From Octopus sinensis (taxonomy: Eukaryota), in the NCBI RefSeq assembly GCF_006345805.1, contig NC_043016.1, forward strand, positions 1,240,001 through 1,304,000: a stretch of 64,000 nucleotides of DNA, given 5' to 3'. Of the stretch, positions 1 through 12,735 are shown in pieces. Both the position numbers and the translations under genes were made by a program. The stretch's first letter is position 1. Every line of letters begins with the position of its first letter. The notes under the pieces are model-generated. The model was not told the origin of the DNA. It saw only the letters and a list, made by a program, of their open reading frames with translations, and made no database searches.

Positions 1-345
1 GAACAATTTAAAAAGAAAGAAAAGGAGATGAGGATGATGATGATGAAGATGAAGAAGAAGGGGAAGAAGGGGAAGAACAATTTAAAAAGAAAGAAAAGGA
101 GATGAGGATGATGATGATGAAGATGAAGAAGAAGAAGAGGAAGTAGAGGAGGAAGAAGGAGATGAAGAAGAAGCAGAAGATGAAGAAGAAGAAGAAGAAG
201 AAGAAGAAGAAAAGAAAAGAAAGAAGGAGACGAAGAAGAAGATGAAGAAGAAGAAGATGAAGAAGAAGAAGAGGAAGAAAAAGAAGACGAACGAGAAGAA
301 GGAGGAAGGGGAGGAGAGTAAATCTGAACACTGAAGAAACAACAA
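1..345. repeat. GAA/GAT/GAG trinucleotide low-complexity tract with a ~75-bp tandem duplication at its start
   Basis: gaacaatttaaaaagaaagaaaaggagatgaggatgatgatgatgaagatgaagaagaag occurs at 1 and again at 76; the rest is purine-rich triplets. Confidence 0.9.
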
Positions 346-819
346 AAAACTGTGAAGTATACGAGGAAAAGTGGAAAACGTTACGACACATAAATTGAAG
401 ACAATAATTAAGATTACAGAAGCAAAAGGAGACATTATTGGAAATTTCAGTCAGATTGAGTTTACCGACATGGATAAAAGAGAAGCGCTGCCACAGTTTA
501 CAGACGGTGCAAAAAATAATAACAATATTTTGATCTATAAGTTTGGTCTAAAAGAGATTTTAAGAGATAAAGTAAATGACCTAAAAACCTTAATCTTATC
601 TATTTCACTGCTAATGTAGCAAGTGCTCAAATAGGTATTAGAATTACAAGGAAAAAAGAAACCAGAAGTTTTAAACCTACTGAATAGAAAGTAAAAATAC
701 AAAAATACATTGAGGCTCTGAGGGCGAATGTATCAAGTCTCGATGAAGTTGCGAGAGGAGCATATGTCAAAACAAGAAAAGCTAGAAAAATCAAACAAAA
801 CAGATCTCATAAATCTCAC

Positions 820-1290
820 TGCGATTAAGGAATTATTTCATGACCCGGTTCCAATCTTGGCCACTGCAACAAAGTCCATATGCCACACTTCTCGGGTTCA
901 ACATTCCAGGCCAATGCGATCAAGTTGTCGATGTAAGTGTGACGACGTTTTCCTCTTCTTACATCCCCATGAAGTGGGTCCCACATGACTAATTTGGATG
1001 CTTGCAGTATAAAGTGGCGCATGCAGTGACCAGATGGTCGAAGCCGTCTTCTCTTGGTCTTCTCGCTAGCTTTCGCAGGTCGTCATAAAGGCATTTGTTT
1101 GTCATATGTTGCTGCCATTTCACATTGAAGGTCATTCGTAACCTCCTTGTGTAGCAGCCATGTATCCCGTTTGATAATTTCTTTTTCAGTGTCCATGTTT
1201 CGCTACCACATAACACAGGACTAGACTGGATCCCTGTCTTGCTGCTGAATTCACAACAATACACGAATAATATCTTCAGGAGAAGCTACC
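820..1290 (-). mobile_element. RTE-clade LINE, 3' fragment (RT C-terminal region), degraded
   Basis: Minus-strand peptides SPVLCGSETWTLKKKLSNGIHGCYTRRLRMTFNVKWQQHMTNK and ASKLVMWDPLHGDVRRGKRRHTYIDNL match the RTE C-terminal pattern (LLYGSETW...W.P.HG...RGRP..TYID). Confidence 0.8.
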
Positions 1291-1389
1291 TCAATCCTTT
1301 CTATATTAACCAAAATGAAGTAGTTTGACAAAATTATTTTTTTAACCAGTTCAAGACACAAGCTGTCGAAATATCCTGAATAATAGAGG

Positions 1390-2814
1390 AAAGTGTAACA
1401 ATATCAAACTAGATAAAACATTTGAAATATAAGAAGTAGACCAAAGCCAATCATTCTTAGAAGTCAATAAACTAGATATAATACAACACACAAATGAAAG
1501 AGAAAATAAGAAAATATAGACAAGTTACATAAATACTGAAAACAGCTCAATGCGAAAAACAAGATAATAGGTATCAACACTCAAGCCGTCCCAGTTATAA
1601 GTTACAACTACAATATTCTTTACTGGACTCTAAATGAACTAATCACAATAGAGAGGAAAACAAGAAAAATACTGACATGATTTAGGATACACCACTCAAA
1701 ATCTGTATATATACAACATATACAGCTAACACTATTACAAAATAACCACCATAGGACTACAAAAATACCTACTTCAGAAGTAAGGAAAACTGATACAAAT
1801 AGCTATAAAACACGAGCAAAATAAAAAAGCTGTTTTCCGTCTTTTAGGAAGCTGACGAATACAAGAAGAAGCCATAGTACCTAACAATTACGAGGAAAAA
1901 GAAGAAACAACAGAAGCTGTAAAACAACTGAAGTCCAAAATAAAACTGGAACAGCAGCGGATCATGATTAAACAATGGCAAGAAAGCCCCCTACATGGCA
2001 AATATTTGGTTAAGCTAAACATAAAAGAAATGGACAAGCAAAACTCTAACAATGGCTGAGAAGCTCAGGACTTAGAGAAGAGATTGAAGGATTTTTAATT
2101 GCAACACAAGACCAAAGCCTCCCCACCAGAAATCACCAAAAGCACATATTGAAAAGAAACATAAGTAACTGCAGAATATGTGGTGGTAGAGAAGAAAAAA
2201 AAATCATATTATCTCTGGCTGCCCAGTCCTGGCTAAGAAGGAATATATTCACAGACCCGACAGAGGTGGAACCTGTATACACTGGAAGTTATGCCAACAC
2301 TATGGAATAAAAGCAGAAAAAAATGTATGTGCACACAGCAGAAAAATTCACAGGAAATGAGAAACCAGCCATACTCTGGTATATGTCAATAAGCACAGAT
2401 AGAGAAATTAAGGCCAATAGGCCGGATATAGTTGTCAGAGATAACCAAGGAAAATGCATTCTAATCGATTTGATGACAACGTTTCTCTAAAAGAAACGGA
2501 GAAACTTTCAAAATACAAAGATCCAGAAATAGAGATAACTCGAATTTGGAGCCTAAAAACGGAAACAATTCCTATTATAGTAGACGCATTAGGTATAATA
2601 AAAAACATTCAGACAAATGCACAACAAAAACATTAGGATTTGCCATTATAATTAACATACAGAAAATAGCACTACTAGGCACCGCGCACATCCTACGTAA
2701 AACACTTTAAATACAGTGAAAATAAGAGCACCACAACAATCCACAGCACATACCCAAGGCACACAGAGCTGCGCTCGGTAGCGCAGTGGAAGCACGTGAT
2801 AAAAATAAGACTAG

Positions 2815-2816
<2 letters not shown>
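1390..2816 (+). mobile_element. R4/Dong-type REL LINE copy A (RT C-terminus, CCHC knuckle, REL domain, 3' UTR), degraded
   Basis: Fragments INTQAVPVISY, LHGKY, EGFLIATQDQSLPTRN, CRICG...HIISGCPVLAKKEYIHR, ANRPDIVVRD, EKLSKYKDPEIEITRIW, ALLGTAHILRKTL*; followed by an (AAT)n tail. Confidence 0.85.
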
Positions 2817-2901
<85 letters not shown>

Positions 2902-2918
2902 TGATGATGATGATGTTG

Positions 2919-2955
<37 letters not shown>
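2817..2955. repeat. (AAT)n/(GAT)n compound microsatellite, tail of LINE A
   Basis: Directly visible. Confidence 0.95.
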
Positions 2956-2956
2956 G

Positions 2957-3345
2957 CACTACAACAAAGGAACTTGTCTGTTAGTAGATATGTCTGTCCC
3001 TCGAGATCAAAATGTCTCAAGAAAGTAATACGAAAAGCTTCCTCACTATAAAGATCTGCAAATTGAAATGACAAAAACGCGTACTACGAAAATACCAGTA
3101 GTAATTGGTGAGTTGGGAATGCTAAAGAAGGGAGCTGAGAAGTATATTAAGCAACTCACTGCTAACTCCGATCTCCGTGAGCTACAAAAGATAACCTTGA
3201 TGAGCACAGCCCATATACTACAGCACTCTCCATCTAAAATGGTGATAATTTTAGCACGCATAGAAAAATAAATATGCCCTTGCTACTCTTGGCCCCCGGG
3301 GTCAAGAGTATCTGAAATAAAGTTATAATGAAAGGAAGCCATAAA
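2957..3345 (+). mobile_element. R4/Dong-type LINE copy B (REL domain end + 3' UTR), different family from A
   Basis: DMSVPRDQNVS...YKDLQIEMTK...IPVVIGELGMLKKGAEKYIKQL...LQKITLMSTAHIL; different 3' UTR; ends in (AAT)n. Confidence 0.8.
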
Positions 3346-3388
3346 TAATGATAATAATAATAATATAATAATAATGATAATAATAATA

Positions 3389-3453
<65 letters not shown>

Positions 3454-3491
3454 TAATAATAATAATAATGATGATGATGATGATGATGATG

Positions 3492-3526
<35 letters not shown>
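3346..3526. repeat. (AAT)n/(GAT)n compound microsatellite
   Basis: Directly visible. Confidence 0.95.
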
Positions 3527-3527
<1 letters not shown>

Positions 3528-3529
3528 TC

Positions 3530-5843
3530 TGTACAAAACAAGCAGAACTAGTCATTTCTGTTAGGGAAGTGAAGGAAATCAGAAAAAAAATGAGCAACTA
3601 GAAGGCCCCGGGACCAGATGGAGTTAAAGGCTACTAGATCAAAAGATTTGTTGAATGTCATGCACGAATAGCTGCGCAACTCAACACCATTTAAATCCCG
3701 ACCAAGTAACACCAGAGTGGTTGACATTGGGTAGGACAGTGCTGTGCCTGGAAAACATCGAAAAAAGCAATACGGTAGACAATTACAGGCCGATATCCTG
3801 TTTGCCACTTATGTGGAAATTATTGACTGGAATACTCGCAGAATCAATGTACGAACATTTGGAAAAAATGGAGTCCTACCACATGAGCAGAAGGGTTGCA
3901 AGCGTAAGTGCAGATGTACCGAGGATCAACTCCTGATAGACAAAACTGTACTTAGAGATTGTAAGAGGAGGAAAAGTAACTTAGCCATGTCATGGATCAA
4001 CTATCGTAAGGTGTACGATATGATCCCACATTCTTGGATTACGGAGTGTATGAAGCTATTTGGTATTACATCCAATGTTGAGTGATTGCTTGGAGAAAGT
4101 ATGGCGAATTGGAGGACGGACCTGACAGCATACGTAAGAAGTTTAGGGACAGTAAAAAATCAGGAGGGGCATCTTCCAAGGGGACTGCAACTGAGCTTTG
4201 TACTGTGCTTGATACCACTAACTCTGATTCTGAGGAAAGCAAAAGCTGGGTATGTATTCAAAAGTCGCTAACAAAGAGTCAATCATTTGTTATTCATGGA
4301 CGACCTCAAACTTTATGGTATAGATGAAGCCCAAGTCAGTTCCCTCGTTGATTCAGTGTATACCTTCAGTGCTGATACCAGAATGGAGTTCGGACTGAGA
4401 AAGTGTGATGTATTAGTCTTGAAGAGAGGCAAAATTAAATGTTTGGATGGGCTAACGATACCGTCGGGGGAGGTTATGAAGCAGATAGAAGAGACGGGCT
4501 ATAAGTACTTGGGGATTTTGGAAATGGATAAATTGATGGAGAAAGAAAAGACAGAAAAATTTAAGGTGGAGTACTTGCGCAGACTGAGACGGATGGAATA
4601 AGATCGAAGCTGTCAAAACCTGGGCGGTTTCACTCTTTATATATGGAGCAGGGGTAATCGCATGGACAGTAGACGAACTAAATAGCCTAGGCAGAAAGAC
4701 AAGGAAGGTGCTAACTAGATATGGGACACTCCACCCGAAAAGTGACACAGACAGACTGTATGTACCAAAAAGAAAAGAGGGGGAAGCGGACTTATTAAAT
4801 GCGAACACAGCATTAGAGCAGAAGAAAACAGCATGCGAACATTAGAGCAGAAGAAAACATCATAGCATGGTATGTAAAAAGTGCCACAGAACTACTATTA
4901 ATAGAAGTAGGAAGGTCAGGCTTGTGTAGGATGAAAGATTACGAAGATAGAGCACTATACAACAAATTGAAAACGAATCAGACTGAAAATAGGTGGGTAA
5001 AGAAAAGAATGCATGGACAATTTCATAGGAATGTTGAAGACAGAAAAAAGATGGCTGTGGATGACGAAAGTGATTTGAAACCGGAAACGGAGGCTGTAAT
5101 CTGTGCTGGCCAAGAGCAAACATTAAGAAGAAACTACATAAAATACAGAATGGACAACAAAGCAGAAAGTGATAAGTGCAGAATCTGTGAACAAAAGATA
5201 GTGAAACCGTATGGCATATTACCAGCCAATGTACGTCACTAGCCCAGAAGAAATGTAAGAGACGCCACGACAATATAGTCAGGCTTGTCCATTGGACTCT
5301 TTGCAACAAGTATGAACTTGAGAGAGCAAAAAATTAGCACGACCACAAACCTGAAGGCTTCGTCGAAAATAGAAATGCAAAGCTCCTATAAGATTTTATG
5401 ATTCAGGGCGACAATGAGATAAGGAATAGGAAACCAGATATAGTCTTAATTGAGAAAGAAGGCAAATGATGCTGGATCATAGATATAGCATGCCCAGCTG
5501 ACAACAAGGTATGCGATAAGGAAGAAAGAAAAATCGATAGATATGACAGGTTAGCTTGGGAGGGAGGTTAAGCAGTTGTGGTCGATGAAAAAGGTAGCAG
5601 TAGTACCAATAATTGTCGGAGCCCTGGGAACAGTGAGCAAAAGTCTCGAGAAGTACGTGGAACAAATAGGGTCTGCAATAAGGATGGAACACTTGCAGAA
5701 AACATCACTGCTTGGAACCGCTTGAATATTCTGGAAGGTGCTTGAAAAATAAGAGCTTAGTTCATTGATAGTGAACATCTGACACTGTAATACATCTCCA
5801 GCGTTAGAAGCTGTGCAAAGGCAATAATAATAATAATGATAAT
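3530..5843 (+). mobile_element. R4/Dong-type REL LINE copy C, 5'-truncated, RT through REL, frameshifted, with (AAT)n tail
   Basis: [89 protein letters not shown]; (AAT)n at 5823-5843. Confidence 0.92.
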
Positions 5844-5847
5844 GATT

Positions 5848-6720
5848 TCTTTCATTGCCCACAAGGACCAAAAACATGGGGGACAATATCAAAAGGACGA
5901 GGTACAACACACAAAAACGTGGTGAGGTTTTACCTCGATCAAATGGAAACACAAGAGTATCAAAGATTATAACATATGATATATAAATAGCTGTTAGAGA
6001 AATAATAGATGAATAAATAGAATCCTTAAAAACGGGGCCGTATACCTGGGGTAATTCGGTGCAAATCCCATGTAAAAAAACCCGCATTGATCATCACTAT
6101 ATGCTCGGCGGACAGATGGATTTGTCTTACACGAGACAGCAATTGCTGTATACAAGCCCACAAGTCTCTAATGCACGACACTGAACAATTGCTGTCAGGA
6201 CGGTTTCGTCCCCTAGCATGCATCTGAGGCAGGTCGGCTGATAAGCACTTCCATGCATGAAGAGCTTGTCTCGAACAGTCAATTTCACCCCACCACCGCT
6301 GTAGCACTGCCATGCTAAAGACTTTTGAAAATTGTCTATGATCTCCCGAAAGTTCTCCGGATTTTTCTTGTCGATGCTTAGAGTTAATCTTAGGGTATCG
6401 TTGCTCATGCCCTCTGTTAGCTCCTTAAAGAAATCTTAAGTTGTTTTCCCGCTGACGGTTTTGTTTATGTGCCACAGTGTAGTGAGTGTCTGATAACATT
6501 CTAGAGGCCCAATGCCCAATCTTGGTCTACGTTTGACCCACGATTGCAGCTCCGTCAATGAGATGAGCTGCAGAAAGACGTGTCACACGAAGGAATCCTA
6601 CACAAGTCATCTTCGTTTCCGTCGCCGTCGTTCACATCATCGCAGTGATGTGGATATTTCGCCGCATCATCAAGGATGGTATCGAAAGGTCACCACAGCG
6701 TGAGTGTTGAAAGCAGATGG
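5848..6720 (-). mobile_element. L1/Tx1-type LINE 3' fragment (zinc-finger C-terminal region)
   Basis: DNFQKSLAWQCYSGG..LTVRDKLFMHGSAYQPTCLRC..GDETVLTAIVQC and DLWACIQQLLSRVRQIHLSAEHIV resemble the L1/Tx1 C-terminal W..C.G.L....KL...C.RC....ET..H zinc-binding region. Confidence 0.7.
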
Positions 6721-6899
6721 TTTTTCTGACCAGCGGAATCTAAAAATACGTAGAATGTGTTGTCCTTGTTGATGACGAAGTAATTTCTTAAAAAATTATT
6801 ATTTCTATAGAAACATTGCAAAGATTGAACATGTTTATTTCGCTGAAGTTAAGCTGCAGAGAAACAACGTGTATTACAACACTCAGACCTACGTGGTTT

Positions 6900-7290
6900 G
6901 GTGAATTTTAATTTTTTTATCTTTTACCTTTTACTCGATACAGTTATTAGACTGCGGCCATGCTGTAGCACCGCCTCGAAGAATTTTTTAGTCGAATGAA
7001 TCGAACTCATATTTATTTTTTGTTAAGCCTGGTACTTATCTGATCGATTTTTTATTGCAGAACCGCCAGGTTACGGAGACATAAGCACACTAACACCGCT
7101 TAGTCAAGCGTTGTTTGACTAAAACCGGTTGTTTGACACACACACACACACACGCGCGCGTGCGCGCGCGCACACACACACAACAGGCTTTTTTCAGTTT
7201 CCGTCTACCAAATCCAAGCACAAGGCTTTGATTGATCAAATGCTATAATGGGATAACACTCACCCAAGGTGCCACGCAGTGGAACTGAGC
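6900..7290 (-). mobile_element. tRNA-derived SINE family 1 (octopus-type), with internal CA/GC microsatellite
   Basis: Reverse complement of the motifs cactgcgtggcaccttgggc..., ggatttggtagacggaaactgaaa and the ggcggtgc..cagcatggccgcagtc tail seen in other copies. Confidence 0.85.
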
Positions 7291-7639
7291 TTTACACCTG
7301 CACCTATATCCGCACAGTTGCGCCTGTGCCTAAGTTATTTGTAATTTTAAATTTCGTGTAACATTTACTGGATTACGACGTCACAGATTACTTATTTTTA
7401 ATAGAGGAATCACTTGTCCTCTGCATTTATGATACCGAGAGTGGCGATTAAGTACATTTGTAACTCCGTCGAAGTAAATGCTAAACAATGTTTCTATGCA
7501 AAAGCATCAGTTTCTCGATTTTTTATCTAAAGTTTTCAACGTTTACAGATGTTCATCCACGTGGAAACAATTGTCATAACATAAAATACAATAAGTATTA
7601 AATTTATTATTTTATAAATCATAAAAGACGATAAAAGTA

Positions 7640-8020
7640 AGAGTGGCCGTGTGGTAAGAAGTTTGCTTCCCAACCACATGGTTCCAGCTGCACTCCTAAT
7701 GCATTACATCTTGGGCTTCTACTATATCCTCTGACAGAATAAAGATTTGTGAGTGGATTTGGTAGAAGGAAGCTGAAAGATGCCCGTTGTATAAATATAT
7801 GCGTGTGTGTCTTTGTGTCTGTGTTTGTTCCCCACCAGCGTTAGTGTGTTTACGTCTTCGTAATTTAGCGGTCCAGCAAAAGAACACGACAGAATAAGTA
7901 TCAAGCTAAAAAAACACATCATAAACTCTGGGATTGAATAATTCGACTAAAATTTCTTCAAGGCGGTGCCCCAGCATGGCCACAGTCTGCTGAAAGAAAC
8001 AAGTAAAAGATAAAAGATAA
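7640..8020 (+). mobile_element. tRNA-derived SINE family 1, near full length
   Basis: A-box-like gtggccgtgtggtaag, degenerate B box, gtggatttggtaga core, 3' ggcggtgccccagcatggccacag and (AAAAGAT)n-like tail. Confidence 0.88.
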
Positions 8021-8189
8021 AGATTCAACATATAAATTATTTTAGCCGCAATACAATAACATTTTCTATTTTTTTACGAAAAGAGGTTATCTCAAATCAC
8101 TTGGAAGCTAGAGGCGTTTTTACGAGCAATAAATTAGCTCCGACCAAAATGAAGAGGTTAATTATAGCAAGCCGTTACTTAACTGAAAC

Positions 8190-8410
8190 GCAGGCGTGTC
8201 TGTGCGGTAAGAAATTTGATTCCCAGCTACATGGTTCAGGATTCAGTCTCACTGCGTGGCACCTTAGTTAAGTATCTTCTACTATAGCCTCGGGCTTGTG
8301 AGTGGATTTGGTAGACGGAAACTTAAAGAAGGCCGTCGTATATATATATATGTATGTGTGTGTGTGGATGTGTGTGTGTATAAACACACACACAAGCACA
8401 CACACACATA
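8190..8410 (+). mobile_element. SINE family 1, 5' half
   Basis: gcaggcgtgtctgtgcggtaag...ggttcaggattcagtctcactgcgtggcacc...ggatttggtagacggaaac. Confidence 0.85.
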
Positions 8411-8461
8411 TATATGTGTGTACGTGCGTATGTGTTCATATATATATATATATATATATAT

Positions 8462-8810
8462 AAAACAGGGCTCCCCCAGATTTTCCCACTCCCACCCCCT
8501 CTCCACATCAGCCTCCTTCTTCTTCTCCTACCCTACCAAGAACTCACAACGACCCCGAACACACAAGTGCAAACAAGGGAGTCAGAGAAAGGCAGAATGC
8601 CACTCATATCTGAACACTACTATAGAAATATTCCTTTAAAAAAACTTTTCTTATAAGTTTTCTAAATTTAATTATTTAATCGTTACAGTTGAAAAGGTCT
8701 CAAAATGACCGAAACCAGTACTGAAAGATTCACTATAAAATTATCTTAGCATTTTCTATTTTTGACTTGTTTTTTCATATATATCAACTCGTATGTTCCT
8801 TTCCACCCTT

Positions 8811-8812
<2 letters not shown>
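8462..8812 (+). mobile_element. PLE 3' end/pseudo-LTR, same family as 58515-61804
   Basis: Homologous to 61555-61804 (ctaccctaccaag...ttgaaaaggtctcaaaa..accgaaacc.gtactgaaa...gacttgttttttcatata); (TA)n on both sides. Confidence 0.85.
8683..8726 (+). ncRNA. Minimal type-I hammerhead ribozyme motif, U3:A8 variant core
   Basis: ttacag-TTGAAAA-ggtc/tcaaaat/gacc-GAAA-CCAG-TA-ctgaaa: stem I with 1 mismatch, 4-bp stem II, GUA site. Confidence 0.65.
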
Positions 8813-8841
<29 letters not shown>

Positions 8842-8842
8842 A

Positions 8843-9905
8843 ATGGAGTTAAATGCAGGTTGTTATTCAAATTCTTTTACTTCCGACACATGTTTCGAAG
8901 ATATCACTGGTATTACTCCAAAGGAATAAAATGATGTAAAACAATGTAATATTCTCTTCAGGGAAATAAAGAAATGAAACTCGTCAATAAGACATTTTAA
9001 CAGAAAATGATGGATATGTATAGTGATTAATTGAATGCTATTAAGTTTTTTAAAAAAATGTTAGAGAATATAACGTCAAAGGTAGCCTATAGAAAGAGGA
9101 GAGGTAAAGGAAAGAAAAAGCCAAATAAATGAGAAGTATATGATGGTATGTAAATTAAATAAAACCATAAAGTCTTGGAAAAAGATATATCTAGTCAATG
9201 TGAAATGTAAGAAAAAGTTAATGTTTAAATTAATTAATATAATGATGGATATCATTTATATGAAGTATAGGTGTATATTTGCCAATATTTACATCGGTAT
9301 GAACGTTCTATAACAGTGTTTACAAGGGGATTTTTAGAAAAAAGGATAAAAAATAGTTCAGAATTACTAAGACAGAATTCCTTGCCTTTATCATAAGGGA
9401 TCGAAATTGAGAGAATCAACCAATCTAAATTAAATTGTTTATTGTGATCTTTTAGATACCAAATTAATTTATTAAACCCTGTGCTGTTACGTTTATTCCT
9501 ATCTCTAAATGTAGAGTAATTATTAGAAATTCTTTTAGATAACTGAAAAGATGAACAACCTATATAAAAAATACATCGGTACCTGAAGTAATTTTACACT
9601 GGTATATAGAATTTTTAATTTTAGAGTTACTTAACATAAACTTGATTCTGTTGTAATTGTCTTCAGATACAATAAACTTGTTATTAATATTTCTAGGGGA
9701 ATGGGTGGTATTAGCTAAATTAATGTTAGAATTAGTAAATATATCCCTATTTAACAGGCTAATATTATGTGGGGAGATAATTTGTAAGTGATTTTTGTGT
9801 TGGAAAAAGCAATCCTAACCGTGTGTGAGTTGATAATAGATAAATACCTAAAATTCTATGGAAAATTCCTAATAATAGCTTCACGAAACTGGAAAGGAAG
9901 ATTAG
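8843..9905 (-). mobile_element. PLE, 5'-truncated (linker + GIY-YIG + pseudo-LTR), frameshifted; family of 28415-30366
   Basis: Minus translation NSIYQCKITSGTDVFF(fs)YIGCSSFQLSKRISNNYSTFRD...PLVNTVIERSYRCKYWQIYTYTSYK* is homologous to the 29275-30138 ORF; frameshift in the A-run at 9566-9571. Confidence 0.85.
8880..8966 (-). ncRNA. Type-I hammerhead ribozyme motif, canonical core
   Basis: Minus: tttcc-CTGAAGA-gaatattac...gtgatatcttc-GAAAC-ATGT-GTC-ggaag; 5-bp stem I, long stem II with a 2-nt bulge, GUC site. Confidence 0.72.
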
Positions 9906-9927
9906 ATAAACAAGCGAAAAATGCACG

Positions 9928-10078
<151 letters not shown>

Positions 10079-10156
10079 ATATATATACACACATACATAC
10101 ACATACATACATAAATACACACACACACATATTTATATATATATATATATATATGT

Positions 10157-10193
<37 letters not shown>

Positions 10194-10967
10194 ATGTCTC
10201 TGTGTGGTGTTTGCCTTCCACCACCGCTTTACAAGCAGTGTTGATGTGTTTACATCCCCATAACTTAGCGGTCATGCTAATGCATCACATTGAAAGGTTC
10301 TAGTCGAACGAATACACCCAAGGTCTTATTCATTTAGCCTAGTACTTATTGTATGTGACCCTTTTGCTGAATCGCTATTTTACGGGGAAGTAAACGCCGG
10401 TTGTCAACTAGTGGCAAGGTACAAGCATACGCACACAAACACAGACACACACACGCACACACACACGTACACACGTACACACACATACACACTATCTCTC
10501 TCTTTCACACATACACACATACGATGGAGTTCTTTCTCTCTTTCTTTTAAGGGAATCTGCTCAAAATGATTTAGTCGGCCAGAGACTGAGTACTACTTAA
10601 TATAGACACAGTATTGTGCAATGGTTGCCAAAAAATGAACACCATAATTGTCAGTATATATATATATATACTTAGAAATTTCTGTCGGTTTTTTTCGAGT
10701 AGTGTGCGGATTGTGATAAATTATATGGTAATGGACAATATGTCTAATATTCGGCATATTTGGCATTAGAAATTTTTTCGTTTGCCCTTATTTATAAGTT
10801 GTATATATACAGTATTCCTCGTAACATACACGTTGGTACAAGGGATAAATATGTATTCACATTCAGCTGTGTAAATGTTGGAAGTATTGGTTGGATATCT
10901 GTTGCGCAATGAGGCTCGATCGTGTACATATTTAACACTAGCACTACCAAATTCTATATTCGGAATA

Positions 10968-11029
10968 CTACACTGATGATGAGAAATAAGTAAGTAAAAA
11001 AATACTTTAATCTCGAAACGCGTATGTGG
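10968..11029 (+). ncRNA. Type-I hammerhead ribozyme motif in a (TA)n-flanked solo pseudo-LTR (~10670-11205)
   Basis: ctaca-CTGATGA-t-gaga...tctc-GAAA-CGCG-TA-tgtgg; palindromic stem III ACGCGT, GUA site, one extra nt between A9 and stem II. Confidence 0.72.
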
Positions 11030-11454
11030 CTAATCGGGGTCGTGTGGATTCATTATTTTTCTTTTTGCCTACGTAAAAAAGTGTGTTACTGTCTTGTAGA
11101 TTCTTAGGCTAGCAGAACAGGAATTTTTAACTCCTATTTCTAAATTCGGTATGTGGTGAAGCAAATAATCTGACTTCTAATTATAATTATGTTTATAGTT
11201 ATAGAATATATATATATATATGGAGTTAAACGCAGTTGTTATTCAAATATTTATACTACCTTATTTGAATAACACCATTAACTCCATTTATTTATTTATC
11301 TATGTGATAGATAAATCATTTCACCAAAACCTGGAATTTCTCCCTTAATAAGTAAGCTGTTACCTTCTTGGTACTTGTGAATTTTTATCCTGGTAACTAT
11401 TTATTATTTTTTTCCCGATTATTTGTAAACACTGACAAAATACACATACATTTA

Positions 11455-12326
11455 TGATTGATTGATTGATTGATTGATTCTAGTTTCAGCTCATGAGCTG
11501 TGGCCATGCTGGGGCACCGCCATTTGGTGTTGCTACTTGGTTTTACTTCACGAAAGCTTTTTAGCAACTGCCATTTGGTGCATGAGAGAGTTCGATGCAG
11601 CTGCCCTCATCTGCACCTCCTGCCGTGAAGTTGATTCATCTGGGACACCTGACAGGAAGAGATCCAGTTCCATTTTAAAGACATCTGCATCCACCCCATG
11701 CAGGTCTCTCAGGTTCTTCGGGAGGATATTGAAGAGCTGTGGGCCACGGAAGCCCAGGCTATCACAGTATCTTGTCCTACATCTTGATGGCAATTTGGAG
11801 TCCTAGGCACCACGCAGTGGCGCCCAGTTCTGGCATTTGTGTAACTCTCGATGCCAAAGTTTGGGACACGTCCCTCCAGGATCTTCCAGATGTATATTAT
11901 GGCATATCTTTCCCGCCTACGCTCAAGGAATATAGTTTTAATCTCTTGAGTCTTTCCCAGTAGCTTACATTCTGCATAGAGGCTATCTTCTTCGTGTAGC
12001 TACGCTGGATCGCCTCGAGCTCTGTGATCAACTTGACACTGGATGGTGACCATAACTGAGAGCAATAGGACAAGTGTCCTCCAGAGGACCATCATGGTTT
12101 CTTGTTCTAAAGGTTCTGAGAATCCATCCAGCCAGCCGTCTACATTTTATTGCCAGTTTAGCAACATGTACATGAAAGGTCGCGTCATCACTCATGTGAA
12201 TACCCAGGTCACGCACTGATTGTGCCTCTGGGATTGCAATCCCTCCGGGTCCAGTGTATTCATTGGGTGTTGCATTCAGTTTTGCATGCTGATAGTATAA
12301 AGCTTGAAACTTTTCAGCATTGAACT
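11455..12326 (-). mobile_element. CR1-group LINE, 5'-truncated 3' portion with (AATC)n tail
   Basis: QFNAEKFQAL, VRDLGIHMSDDATFHVHV, RLAGWILRTFRTR, GPQLFNILPKNLR...FKMELDLFLSGVPDE...RAAASNSL; (GATT)n at 11455-11478. Confidence 0.88.
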
Positions 12327-12349
12327 GTATATATATATATATATTATAT

Positions 12350-12522
12350 ATTTCATTTTTGGATTTGGTTTGCAAGATTCTTTATATGAGTTCGTGTGTT
12401 GAAGTATATTCTGTTGTTTCTTGGGAGAGTCATTTTTTTGTGCCTTATAATATAACAAGAATATAAGAAGAAGAAGAAGAAGAAGAAAAAGAAGGAGAAG
12501 AAGAAGAAAAAGAATAATAATA

Positions 12523-12607
<85 letters not shown>

Positions 12608-12735
12608 AAGAAGAAGAAAAAGAAGAAGAAGAAGAAGAAGAAATTTCCACTTTTTTCTTATTTTTATTGTCCTAAAAGTTTCGTTGCGTCTTGCAACCTT
12701 TTGACTCTGTCCGTTATTTTGACTGTCCGTTATTT
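12350..12735 (-). mobile_element. PLE pseudo-LTR fragment (family of 41150-41431) with an internal GAA/AAT microsatellite expansion
   Basis: tttgcaagattctttatatgagttcgtg...tgtgccttataat and aaatttccactttttcttatttttatt..cctaaaa.tttcgt.gcgtcttgca.ccttt match 41185-41355. Confidence 0.8.

Noticed and set aside
371-700. 82-aa ORF as a host gene, or as the N-terminal part of Dong LINE A
   Set aside because: Only a vague resemblance to REL-LINE N-termini; no diagnostic motif to support either call.
12668-12712. HHR-like gttgc/aagac/gcaac-GAAA on minus (also ~41320-41358)
   Set aside because: Good stem II, but the core and stem I are damaged in both copies; kept only as decayed relics, not as features.
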